Origin: a virus
Taxonomy: Duplodnaviria; Caudoviricetes
Reading direction: 5' to 3' (one strand)
DNA length: 24,509 bases
Virus record (IMG/VR): IMGVR_UViG_3300042914_002625
Coordinates: 1 to 24,509 of that record
The position numbers and the translations under genes are program-made. The notes beneath the pieces were generated by a model. That model ran no database searches. It was not told the origin of the DNA and worked only from the letters and a program-made list of their open reading frames with translations. Positions 15,720 through 22,421 of the stretch are shown piece after piece (position 1 is the first letter of the stretch; each line of letters begins with the position of its first letter).

Positions 15720-16804
15720 TACTTTCTCTCCATTGGCATAATGACATACTTCGACTCACCGCTGACCCATAACGTAGGCCTTGCAGGATCCTTGCACCAC
15801 AGACTAACCTGATCGGTCTTTTCTAGGCTCTGCAACCAATCCAAGACGAACCGATAATCCATCGTGATATCAAACCATTCGGGGGTCTCAAGCGGTACAA
15901 AGACTTGAGAACGCCCAACGTCAGCCGCCTTAGCTGCAATCTTGCAAGAGCCATTTGCAAAGCTAAAGACAACGCCGCGAGACTCTTGCTCTGCCGTTAC
16001 CGAAGCTTGGCGAACCGCCTGGAGAAACGGCCCAGCCAAAAATCGAAACTCAATCCCATCAGCAGTCGGAATAACCGATTGCCAATTTGGGTATCGGCCC
16101 TCGACCAACCTAGTCTGGATCGCCACCTTACCCCCTCGAAACTGGATCGACGACTTGTTGACCGAGATGCCAATAAACCCCTCAGAGCCCTCCAATGAGC
16201 GTTTAACGAGCCCAAGAGCCTTTGTTGGCACAATGGCCGATCCGCCTTCTAGATCTCTTCCTAGATGCAAATCTAGGCCACTGTAGGCCAACCTGCGTCC
16301 ATCCGTCGCAATCAACTCCAATCGCTCGCCACTGGCCGCGAAATTAACCCCGCCGAGTTGATATCGTGTTGAGTCAACATCGGTCGCAAAATCAACCCGT
16401 CGCAATGCCCCTAGCAGGCCCGTAGAGCCAACCTCGATGCTCTTGCCCTCGATGGCCGATACTCTCGGAAATTCGCTTGGATTGCGAGCCTGCAAGGTGA
16501 AGGCGCCTTCGTCGGTTGTGATATCGATCGACCTTTCGTCAGATTCGATCGTGACCGACTCGGAGCGTGATTCCTTGAGGATCGCTCCGACCCTTCGAGG
16601 ATCCAAAAGAGCCGTACCTTGGGAATGCAATTCGTCGGCAACGAAATCAACGGCCAGCGATGTTTCGCCGTTGCTGGCCTCTAGCCTGCCTGTCGTCGCA
16701 TCGATCAGCACGTTGCCAAGTACGTCTTTGACCTGGCTGCTGGCCCCCGATGCTGCGAGATTGAACGCTTCCAAAAACTTCGACCTGTTTAGAACGACTT
16801 TCAT
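15719..16804 (-). CDS. dnaN: DNA polymerase III beta subunit (sliding clamp)
   Basis: Full length (361 aa); EFP, TRYQLGGV, IATDGRRLA, RLVEGRYPNWQSVIP and terminal YVIMPM. Confidence 0.95.
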   Translation of the reverse strand: MKVVLNRSKFLEAFNLAASGASSQVKDVLGNVLIDATTGRLEASNGETSLAVDFVADELHSQGTALLDPRRVGAILKESRSESVTIESDERSIDITTDEGAFTLQARNPSEFPRVSAIEGKSIEVGSTGLLGALRRVDFATDVDSTRYQLGGVNFAASGERLELIATDGRRLAYSGLDLHLGRDLEGGSAIVPTKALGLVKRSLEGSEGFIGISVNKSSIQFRGGKVAIQTRLVEGRYPNWQSVIPTADGIEFRFLAGPFLQAVRQASVTAEQESRGVVFSFANGSCKIAAKAADVGRSQVFVPLETPEWFDITMDYRFVLDWLQSLEKTDQVSLWCKDPARPTLWVSGESKYVIMPMERK

Positions 16805-17046
16805 GCTTCACCTTCACAATCTTCAATAGATTCCTTAAACACATGTATTTCTGTTTGACTCGACAAACGGTCAATGTTTGACATCAATCGAGCTCGATAT
16901 TCGCCGCGAGTGAAAATCAACAGCTCTCCGTTGCTTCCCTCTAGCCACTGCACCGCTCCGTATTGACCTTCCTCTCGGCACGCTTTCCAGAATTCGTGAG
17001 CAGATTCCAAAAGCTTCTGCGCTGTAGCCCTCCGCTTTTCGTCCAT
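16801..17046 (-). CDS. Hypothetical protein (81 aa)
   Basis: GGAGG SD before ATG at 17046; ATGA coupling to dnaN. Confidence 0.65.
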   Translation of the reverse strand: MDEKRRATAQKLLESAHEFWKACREEGQYGAVQWLEGSNGELLIFTRGEYRARLMSNIDRLSSQTEIHVFKESIEDCEGEA

Positions 17047-17125
17047 CTTTAACCTCCAAAATTTCATAGTAACTTGGCGTTGATCGACAGCCGACCAACG
17101 CGATTAAAATTAGTGCGATTCTCAT
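16871..17125 (-). CDS. Possible small lipoprotein overlapping the downstream gene
   Basis: MRIALILIALVGC resembles a signal peptide with lipobox and is ATGA-coupled to the upstream gene, but about 175 nt overlap the next ORF. Confidence 0.35.
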   Translation of the reverse strand: MRIALILIALVGCRSTPSYYEILEVKDGRKAEGYSAEAFGICSRILESVPRGRSIRSGAVARGKQRRAVDFHSRRISSSIDVKH

Positions 17126-17376
17126 TCGCCAGCACCGATCCGATCTGCAATCCTTTCCATTTCTCTAGCAATCATCCTGAGTGCGGACTGTGCGTTATCA
17201 TCCGACTCCGCAGCGGTATGTCCAAAGCTGCTATCGATTGATTGAGCCACCATCGCAAACCCTACCAAGATAGCGTTCGCAATAACCCTGCTATCGGCAG
17301 ACGCATCGTCCCACCCTTCCATCGACTGATCGATCTTTTGCGAGTACCAAGGACTGTCAAAACCTGCAAAACCCAT
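17122..17376 (-). CDS. Hypothetical protein (84 aa)
   Basis: GGGAGG SD before ATG at 17376. Confidence 0.65.
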   Translation of the reverse strand: MGFAGFDSPWYSQKIDQSMEGWDDASADSRVIANAILVGFAMVAQSIDSSFGHTAAESDDNAQSALRMIAREMERIADRIGAGE

Positions 17377-17390
17377 TTTACAAACCTCCC

Positions 17391-17558
17391 TTAAACCCCA
17401 ACGAACGCCGAAACAATAACCGATAACGCATACGCCAAAGCGTAGCAAAACAACATGGCAACCAGGATGAACCAAGCCAAGCAAAACAGCCCAAAAAACA
17501 TCGCCGATTTCGGGTAATGCCTTTTGAATTCAACCAGGTCAAATTCCGGTTCCATCAT
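17391..17558 (-). CDS. Small membrane protein (55 aa)
   Basis: Manual ORF MMEPEFDLVEFKRHYPKSAMFFGLFCLAWFILVAMLFCYALAY...; GGAGG SD. Confidence 0.6.
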   Translation of the reverse strand: MMEPEFDLVEFKRHYPKSAMFFGLFCLAWFILVAMLFCYALAYALSVIVSAFVGV

Positions 17559-17595
17559 CAACCTCCATTACGCCGCCCCGAAGTGGGTTGGCAAA

Positions 17596-17677
17596 AGGAC
17601 TGTTCCGGACTCGAACCAGATGCAAGCCAAGCGTTATTCAATCGCTCTTTGATGCTTGCCGCCCATCGCAACAATCC
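17596..17677 (-). ncRNA. tRNA-like element A (non-canonical)
   Basis: Acceptor GGATTGT/ACAGTCC, T-arm TCTGG-TTCGAGT-CCGGA, no D stem, central helix GCAAGC/GCTTGC; no encoded CCA at the canonical position. Confidence 0.65.
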
Positions 17678-17754
17678 CTTTACCAGCCTCGCAAGCAACT
17701 GCTTATCTGGTGCCATTTTCCACCTATTTCCTTTCCTGCGTGTTGCTCCGCAAA

Positions 17755-17925
17755 AGGATCGGGCAGGAATCGCACCTGCTGACCGTAACTTCGACGGTTA
17801 CGGAATTCATCACTGACCTTACCGCGAATCTGGTCAGCCCTTATTTACCGCTTGTGCCGTTGGTGTCCCGCTAAGGCCCGTTATCGAACACAGTAGTAGC
17901 ATGTCACTGTCCACGCCGCCGATCC
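17755..17925 (-). ncRNA. tRNA-like element B (171 nt, expanded interior)
   Basis: Acceptor GGATCGG/CCGATCC, T-arm GCAGG-TGCGATT-CCTGC, interior hairpins ACAGTG/TACTGT, CCTTA/TAAGG, CTGACC/GGTCAG and CCGTAAC/GTTACGG. Confidence 0.65.
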
Positions 17926-17964
17926 TGGCACGCTTTTTAGCGAGCTGGTGCCATGTTCGCATTC

Positions 17965-18846
17965 TCACTCTGCCGGCCCCTCGATCGCCGGTAAGTCAAC
18001 CTTTTGGAGCGTGACGCGCTTAACGTATTCCGCGTCGATCGTCCTGTTGTCGCTTTGAATATCAGCCTGCAACGCTCGAACGCTTTCAGTGTCATCGATA
18101 ATGCACCAACCGCGACCAATTGCATAATGCATCGCCGTCTTCATCGCTTGCTCAATTGGCCACTTGTGCCAAGGATCAGAGTCCTTCGCAAAGTCGTTGC
18201 CGGGTTTTTCTGCGTAGTTATATCCATCGCTGTTGGCCCTGCGTTTCTCGATCAACTTTTTAGCTACGAATCCGGTATGGATAACCGTCCCGGTATCGCG
18301 AATCTTGACCGACAAGACAACACCGCGAAGATCATCGAATGAAATCGGCGGATTGTCGAAATCGATCGACTCAATTTCGCAAGTCCCATCAGCCCCGATC
18401 TTGATCTTATCATCGTAACCAATTGGCGTTGCGACCATGTGCATTCCGGCTCGATTCGCAAGAGCGTTTAGACCTCGATGCGACAACTGGAAAAACAGTT
18501 GCTTAGGCTCGCCCCGTCGAACTGATCTAGGGATTGCGAACGCAAGAGCACCTGCGCCGGTGCTCGGCATCATGCCGGTAAGAGCCGCGATTGCGATTAC
18601 TCGACCGACCGACTCCTGCCCTTGTGGGGTGCTCAAGCATTCGTCGAAATCCTCAGGCTTCTTGCTCGATGATCGAGCCGCCGACAATGCAACGCTGATG
18701 CGTCCAGCCGCTTCCCTTGCTCGATCTTCGCCGACCCAATCCGTAAGAACCATCGTTGCAAAATTCAACGCCGTTTGACGGAATGCCGCTGGCTTGCTAA
18801 GAGCCTTGGTTTCCTTTTTTGGTTCTGTTGTTAGTTCTGTACTCAT
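17965..18846 (-). CDS. recT: RecT-family single-strand annealing protein
   Basis: AFAIPR...FFQLSHRGL and PWHKWPIEQAMKTAMHYA match RecT motifs; directly downstream of a RecE-like nuclease. Confidence 0.75.
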   Translation of the reverse strand: MSTELTTEPKKETKALSKPAAFRQTALNFATMVLTDWVGEDRAREAAGRISVALSAARSSSKKPEDFDECLSTPQGQESVGRVIAIAALTGMMPSTGAGALAFAIPRSVRRGEPKQLFFQLSHRGLNALANRAGMHMVATPIGYDDKIKIGADGTCEIESIDFDNPPISFDDLRGVVLSVKIRDTGTVIHTGFVAKKLIEKRRANSDGYNYAEKPGNDFAKDSDPWHKWPIEQAMKTAMHYAIGRGWCIIDDTESVRALQADIQSDNRTIDAEYVKRVTLQKVDLPAIEGPAE

Positions 18847-18848
18847 CT

Positions 18849-19661
18849 CTATTCCTCCGAATAAACCCTTCTCTTTGGCAACCGCAAAGGGACAATCCCG
18901 CTACTGTAAGGTTGCTGCCAGTTGTTTGTTTCTAGCCGTCGTTCGTATTCGTCAACGAGCATTTGTGCATCATGCCGACCTATTATCAATGTCTCGTCAT
19001 TAAGCTCGTACAAGGCCACCGTAGGTGGAATTCCACGAGTCGATGGCTTCGGTTTCTCGACCACCGCAAAGATGAATCGGTAGTCTTGGCATGTCTCAAC
19101 GGCCAACGCATGTTGGTAAATGTACGCCTGCCGATGATACCCATAATCAACCGCCGACCATTGCCACCTGTGGGGGCTCGCATCGTCGGTTGTCTTGATG
19201 TCAACGATCAACTTCATCGAGTCGATAATCGCATCGGGCTTAGCCTTGAAGCGATGCCCGAACAGATCGAATTCAAACGGCACTTCGACCCGCTTAGGCT
19301 GCGCCATGATCGTTGCGAACTCAGCATGATTGTTAAGAGCCTGAACGCAAGCGATCGCGTCGGCGTAGTCTTGTTCGTCAATGACGATCTTGCCTTTGTT
19401 ATTTTGCTCAAAGATTAGAGCCTGAAGCTTTCCTTCCTTTGTTCGCCTGTCGATCTTTGGAGCAGCCGCAAACCTTTCGTCAAACTTCTCAGGCTCAAGT
19501 GCGATGCAATGAACTGCATGACCCATAGCGAAAGCGTCGGATTCTTTTTGCGGTAAGCTTGGCGGATCATCAACGTAACGCATCCGAAATTCCATCGGGC
19601 TTTGAGCCAAGCAGGATAGCTTACTGTGCGATAGGGCTTTGTTGGCGTAGTAGTCACTCAT
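18849..19661 (-). CDS. PD-(D/E)XK exonuclease, exonuclease VIII/RecE C-terminal-like (DUF3799 type)
   Basis: LSHSKL, MGHAVHCIALEP, KAKPD, IVDIKTT, YGYHRQAYIY and FIFAVVEK. Confidence 0.9.
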   Translation of the reverse strand: MSDYYANKALSHSKLSCLAQSPMEFRMRYVDDPPSLPQKESDAFAMGHAVHCIALEPEKFDERFAAAPKIDRRTKEGKLQALIFEQNNKGKIVIDEQDYADAIACVQALNNHAEFATIMAQPKRVEVPFEFDLFGHRFKAKPDAIIDSMKLIVDIKTTDDASPHRWQWSAVDYGYHRQAYIYQHALAVETCQDYRFIFAVVEKPKPSTRGIPPTVALYELNDETLIIGRHDAQMLVDEYERRLETNNWQQPYSSGIVPLRLPKRRVYSEE

Positions 19662-19956
19662 TGGTCAGCCCCTCGTCAAGTTCTCTGGAGTACATCGGAA
19701 GAAGGTTGAGACCTTCGGCAATGGTGTCGCTACCTTGCGACTCGAGCTCTTGTGCAATGGTAAGATAGTGAATCAATTGATCTGCTTCGTCGATTGCCAT
19801 CTGCGCGACTCGACTTCGATTTATGTCGCTAACCATTTCTGGATTAGACAACAGCCCTTGCATCGCCCTCGCTGCGATCTCCTCGCGTTTGGTTAACCCG
19901 CTGTTGTATTGACCCGTCGCAATCTCAAGCGGATAAGCCGCATCATTCCCGTTCAT
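19654..19956 (-). CDS. Conserved hypothetical phage protein (100 aa)
   Basis: AYP...GLTKREEIAARAMQGLL...A...AD motif is widespread in small phage early proteins. Confidence 0.75.
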   Translation of the reverse strand: MNGNDAAYPLEIATGQYNSGLTKREEIAARAMQGLLSNPEMVSDINRSRVAQMAIDEADQLIHYLTIAQELESQGSDTIAEGLNLLPMYSRELDEGLTNE

Positions 19957-20045
19957 TATTCACCTCTCATAAAAAACCACAGAACAAACCCAACGCTGAC
20001 CTCGACCACGCCGAGGTAAACCAGCTCACACAGTATCGGGCTCAT
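19956..20045 (-). CDS. Membrane micropeptide (29 aa)
   Basis: Manual ORF MSPILCELVYLGVVEVSVGFVLWFFMRGE; GGGAG SD, TAATG coupling. Confidence 0.45.
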   Translation of the reverse strand: MSPILCELVYLGVVEVSVGFVLWFFMRGE

Positions 20046-20124
20046 CGTGACCGCTCCCTATATCAGAGATTCCACAGCCGAGACCGATGCCGAAAGCGAT
20101 CAGGAAGATTAGGACGTATGTCAT
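20026..20124 (-). CDS. Membrane micropeptide (32 aa)
   Basis: Manual ORF MTYVLIFLIAFGIGLGCGISDIGSGHDEPDTV; ATGA coupling. Confidence 0.45.
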   Translation of the reverse strand: MTYVLIFLIAFGIGLGCGISDIGSGHDEPDTV

Positions 20125-20465
20125 TTCGAACGCTTCCTTCTGGCTCGCATCTTTCCAGCAACTTGGTTGGCTTTGAGCTTGTACGCCCCAAGCGACCTAG
20201 CTTGGCCGTGACGATCGTGCATCACTCTTGCCGCTTCGCTCTGGTTGCATCCAGAATCTAGCAAGTCCTCAATTTCTTTGAGTTCGTAAGCTGCAAAGTC
20301 CGCACCGCTTAAATAACCTGGCTTTGGAGCCACCGTCGGTTGATCCTGGATCGTAGGGCTCGGCAACGTGAAAGACCCTTTGCCGACGGACAGGTATTCA
20401 GCGCACAACTCTTGCCAGTCCTCAGGCCACGATTGAAACTGTTTTAATGCGTCAAACTTGTTCAT
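20121..20465 (-). CDS. Hypothetical protein, possible C-terminal HTH (114 aa)
   Basis: GGAGA SD before ATG at 20465; LLDSGCNQSEAAR resembles an HTH start. Confidence 0.6.
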   Translation of the reverse strand: MNKFDALKQFQSWPEDWQELCAEYLSVGKGSFTLPSPTIQDQPTVAPKPGYLSGADFAAYELKEIEDLLDSGCNQSEAARVMHDRHGQARSLGAYKLKANQVAGKMRARRKRSK

Positions 20466-20481
20466 GATAATCTCCAAAAAG

Positions 20482-20826
20482 CTAAACCACTTCCAAAGCG
20501 ATTCGACACTCGACCGCCTCATCTTCGTCAATCACCGCTACCGCAACCGTCCACGGGTTAAACTTGTTTACCAATCTTTTCTCTACGCAATCCGAGACCG
20601 CTCGGCAGAGTGCAATCTGATGATCCTGACCACGCTCGATGCCCATCCACAATCGCGACAGGTGACCTGGATCCTCGAAAAAACGGATCGTGTAAAATGC
20701 CGAATGCGTTTTCGTCGGAGCATCGTTTCGCCGAGTGCATCGAGCCACCCTAGTTATTGTCGTCCCGTGGTCTTTTGTGCATTGGATCAAAAGATGGATC
20801 GTGCCATCGAGCAGCTCGTCAGTCAT
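20482..20826 (-). CDS. Hypothetical protein (114 aa)
   Basis: GGAGG SD before ATG at 20826, overlapping the upstream stop. Confidence 0.6.
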   Translation of the reverse strand: MTDELLDGTIHLLIQCTKDHGTTITRVARCTRRNDAPTKTHSAFYTIRFFEDPGHLSRLWMGIERGQDHQIALCRAVSDCVEKRLVNKFNPWTVAVAVIDEDEAVECRIALEVV

Positions 20827-21025
20827 TTTTCGGCCTCCCTCTAGTTCGCTTAGAAAGCTTTTTCCAGCCCTTGACCGGATCAACACCGAGAATCCGATGG
20901 GATCGATCCACCATTGCAATGCCAATAAACTCGCTAAGGCTGACACCCTCTAGCGATGCCGCTTTTTTGGCGAGCTCTGCCCAGTCAGCTGGTTGCGTTG
21001 TGTTGACGTTGACGATGTTACTCAT
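20819..21025 (-). CDS. Ribbon-helix-helix DNA-binding protein with AT-hook-like tail
   Basis: VNTTQPADW...AASLEGVSLSEFIGIAM and C-terminal RGRPK; AGGAG SD. Confidence 0.65.
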   Translation of the reverse strand: MSNIVNVNTTQPADWAELAKKAASLEGVSLSEFIGIAMVDRSHRILGVDPVKGWKKLSKRTRGRPKND

Positions 21026-21104
21026 CGATCTTAACTCCTGAAAAAACTAGAATCACCAAACAAACCACGCCTGCGAAAATCGAAACAAGAGTCTCAGGAT
21101 TCAT
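21018..21104 (-). CDS. Membrane micropeptide (28 aa)
   Basis: Manual ORF MNPETLVSIFAGVVCLVILVFSGVKIDE with GGAG SD. Confidence 0.5.
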   Translation of the reverse strand: MNPETLVSIFAGVVCLVILVFSGVKIDE

Positions 21105-21519
21105 CGATCTTCACTCCAAAGGGTGATGTAGAGTTGTCAGCATGGCGGAACTTGAGTTCCTCGAATGCTTGCTCCCATCTAAAACTTTTAACAACACCAC
21201 CGAAAGCAACCCAAAGAAAACTATTGTTCGCAGAAACGATAGCGTAGAAACCTGGGCAATAACTCGGAGAGCTCCAATCTACAGCAATACCCTGCCCTTT
21301 GTTCGCCATGAAATCCGCACCGTTCGCAAACGGTCGATACTTCGCTGGTTGCTCGATCTCGCGTATGATGGGGTAGCAAGCACTCGTCCGACACGTGGCA
21401 CAACTAAGGTATCCTCCGTTGTTTAGGTAATGCTCAGCACTTTCAGCCTGTCTACAGGCGTGCACCAACTCCCACCCATCGGGAACGCCTGGCACGTTCC
21501 TAAAACCTTCGCTACTCAT
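21094..21519 (-). CDS. Hypothetical phage protein (141 aa)
   Basis: Coupled ORF in the early operon; YRPF...PFGV pattern. Confidence 0.7.
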   Translation of the reverse strand: MSSEGFRNVPGVPDGWELVHACRQAESAEHYLNNGGYLSCATCRTSACYPIIREIEQPAKYRPFANGADFMANKGQGIAVDWSSPSYCPGFYAIVSANNSFLWVAFGGVVKSFRWEQAFEELKFRHADNSTSPFGVKIDES

Positions 21520-21748
21520 CTTCCAACCCCTTTCTTAAATGCTGTACCGCTTCCTCGATTCCGTCATCCATCAGATCCTCAAGCCGTTGACACTCGACCG
21601 CTAGCTCTTGGGCTCTACGCTTGGCCATGCCGATGTAAGGCAGGTCAATATCTTCTCCATCTTGCAAAGCAAAATCGATAGCCAATCGCACGCTTATAGC
21701 AAGGCCACTAATACTCTCGATCAGTTGCTCTTTTGTGCGCTTAGGCAT
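21512..21748 (-). CDS. Hypothetical helical protein (78 aa)
   Basis: GAGGTG SD before ATG at 21748. Confidence 0.65.
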   Translation of the reverse strand: MPKRTKEQLIESISGLAISVRLAIDFALQDGEDIDLPYIGMAKRRAQELAVECQRLEDLMDDGIEEAVQHLRKGLEDE

Positions 21749-22043
21749 GTTGCACCTCAAGTTTTCCTTCGCATCGACGGTTGTACTCGGCGAAGCTCAT
21801 TGAGCCTTTCTTGGCTCGGAGTGTCGCAAAAGCGTCCTTGGCTTCCTTCGCTGTCCTGAATTCGACCTCGTGCCACACATCGCCGCTGCTTGTGACGTGT
21901 GCAAGGATCTTCGACCGATCCGACCAGCCATTCTTAGCCAGTTTCGCAATCGTCTTGAATGGCCCTCGAATGACCTTGCTGTGTCGAGCAAACTGCTGGC
22001 CGCAAATCACCAGGAATTCATTGTCAAAAGCTAATCGTGCCAT
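21741..22043 (-). CDS. Hypothetical protein (100 aa)
   Basis: GGAGA SD 7 nt upstream of the ATG. Confidence 0.7.
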   Translation of the reverse strand: MARLAFDNEFLVICGQQFARHSKVIRGPFKTIAKLAKNGWSDRSKILAHVTSSGDVWHEVEFRTAKEAKDAFATLRAKKGSMSFAEYNRRCEGKLEVQHA

Positions 22044-22077
22044 CGTTCTATCTCCAAAAAAGTGTGAGTAAACAAAA

Positions 22078-22161
22078 AGAGTCAGTCACGATTCGAACGT
22101 GAAACCCGGCTTTTGGCCGCCATCCGAGAAGTACGCGATGCGAGAGCCTCGGCACTGACTC
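22078..22161 (-). ncRNA. tRNA-like element C (non-canonical)
   Basis: Perfect acceptor GAGTCAG/CTGACTC, U8, perfect T-arm TCACG-TTCGAAT-CGTGA, oversized D-like arm CCGAG...CTCGG and stunted anticodon-like arm CGGC-CAAAA-GCCG. Confidence 0.7.
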
Positions 22162-22167
22162 AACGAA

Positions 22168-22341
22168 CTACGCAGCATCCCGAGAAAAGAACTTTTCGGG
22201 GGCTGTCGACTTCCTGCCGACCGAGCAAAACTTAGCAGTCTTGTCGCTCGCAAAGAAAAGCCTAGCAGCCTCTTGGTGCGAGGTGGCTTTGATCCACGCC
22301 ACCAAGACTCTGCCGCTGAGGTAAATTTGGTATGTCGTCAT
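22168..22341 (-). CDS. Hypothetical early protein (57 aa)
   Basis: GGAGA SD 8 nt upstream of ATG at 22341. Confidence 0.6.
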   Translation of the reverse strand: MTTYQIYLSGRVLVAWIKATSHQEAARLFFASDKTAKFCSVGRKSTAPEKFFSRDAA

Positions 22342-22370
22342 CTTCATCGTCTCCATTGAAAAAAGTGTGA

Positions 22371-22417
22371 AACCAAGACCCCGAAGGGTTTCGCCGTTCC
22401 CGGCTCGTCAGTTGGTT
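22371..22417 (-). ncRNA. Type I hammerhead ribozyme
   Basis: AACCAA-CTGACGA-GCCG(GGAA)CGGC-GAAA-CCC(TTCG)GGG-TC^-TTGGTT: complete catalytic core, three stems and a GUC cleavage triplet. Confidence 0.92.
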
Positions 22418-22421
22418 AGGC

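Noticed and set aside
16801-17125. Rz/Rz1-like spanin pair suggested by an overlapped lipoprotein ORF
   Set aside because: It is in the replication region, and the partner ORF has no transmembrane anchor or coiled coil.
17596-17677. Element A as a genuine tRNA-Phe (a TTGAATA loop could display GAA)
   Set aside because: No D stem, an A-A mismatch closing the loop, a pyrimidine at position 37 and wrong arm spacing; it cannot be called a decoding tRNA.
17596-17925. tmRNA (one- or two-piece)
   Set aside because: No G3-U70 pair, no CCA after either acceptor stem, and no recognisable tag reading frame ending in Ala-Ala.
13972-19358. Cyanobacterial HIP1 (GCGATCGC) signature
   Set aside because: Only two full octamers were noticed (13972, 19351); the enrichment is at the CGATCG hexamer level, which is not enough to infer a cyanobacterial host.
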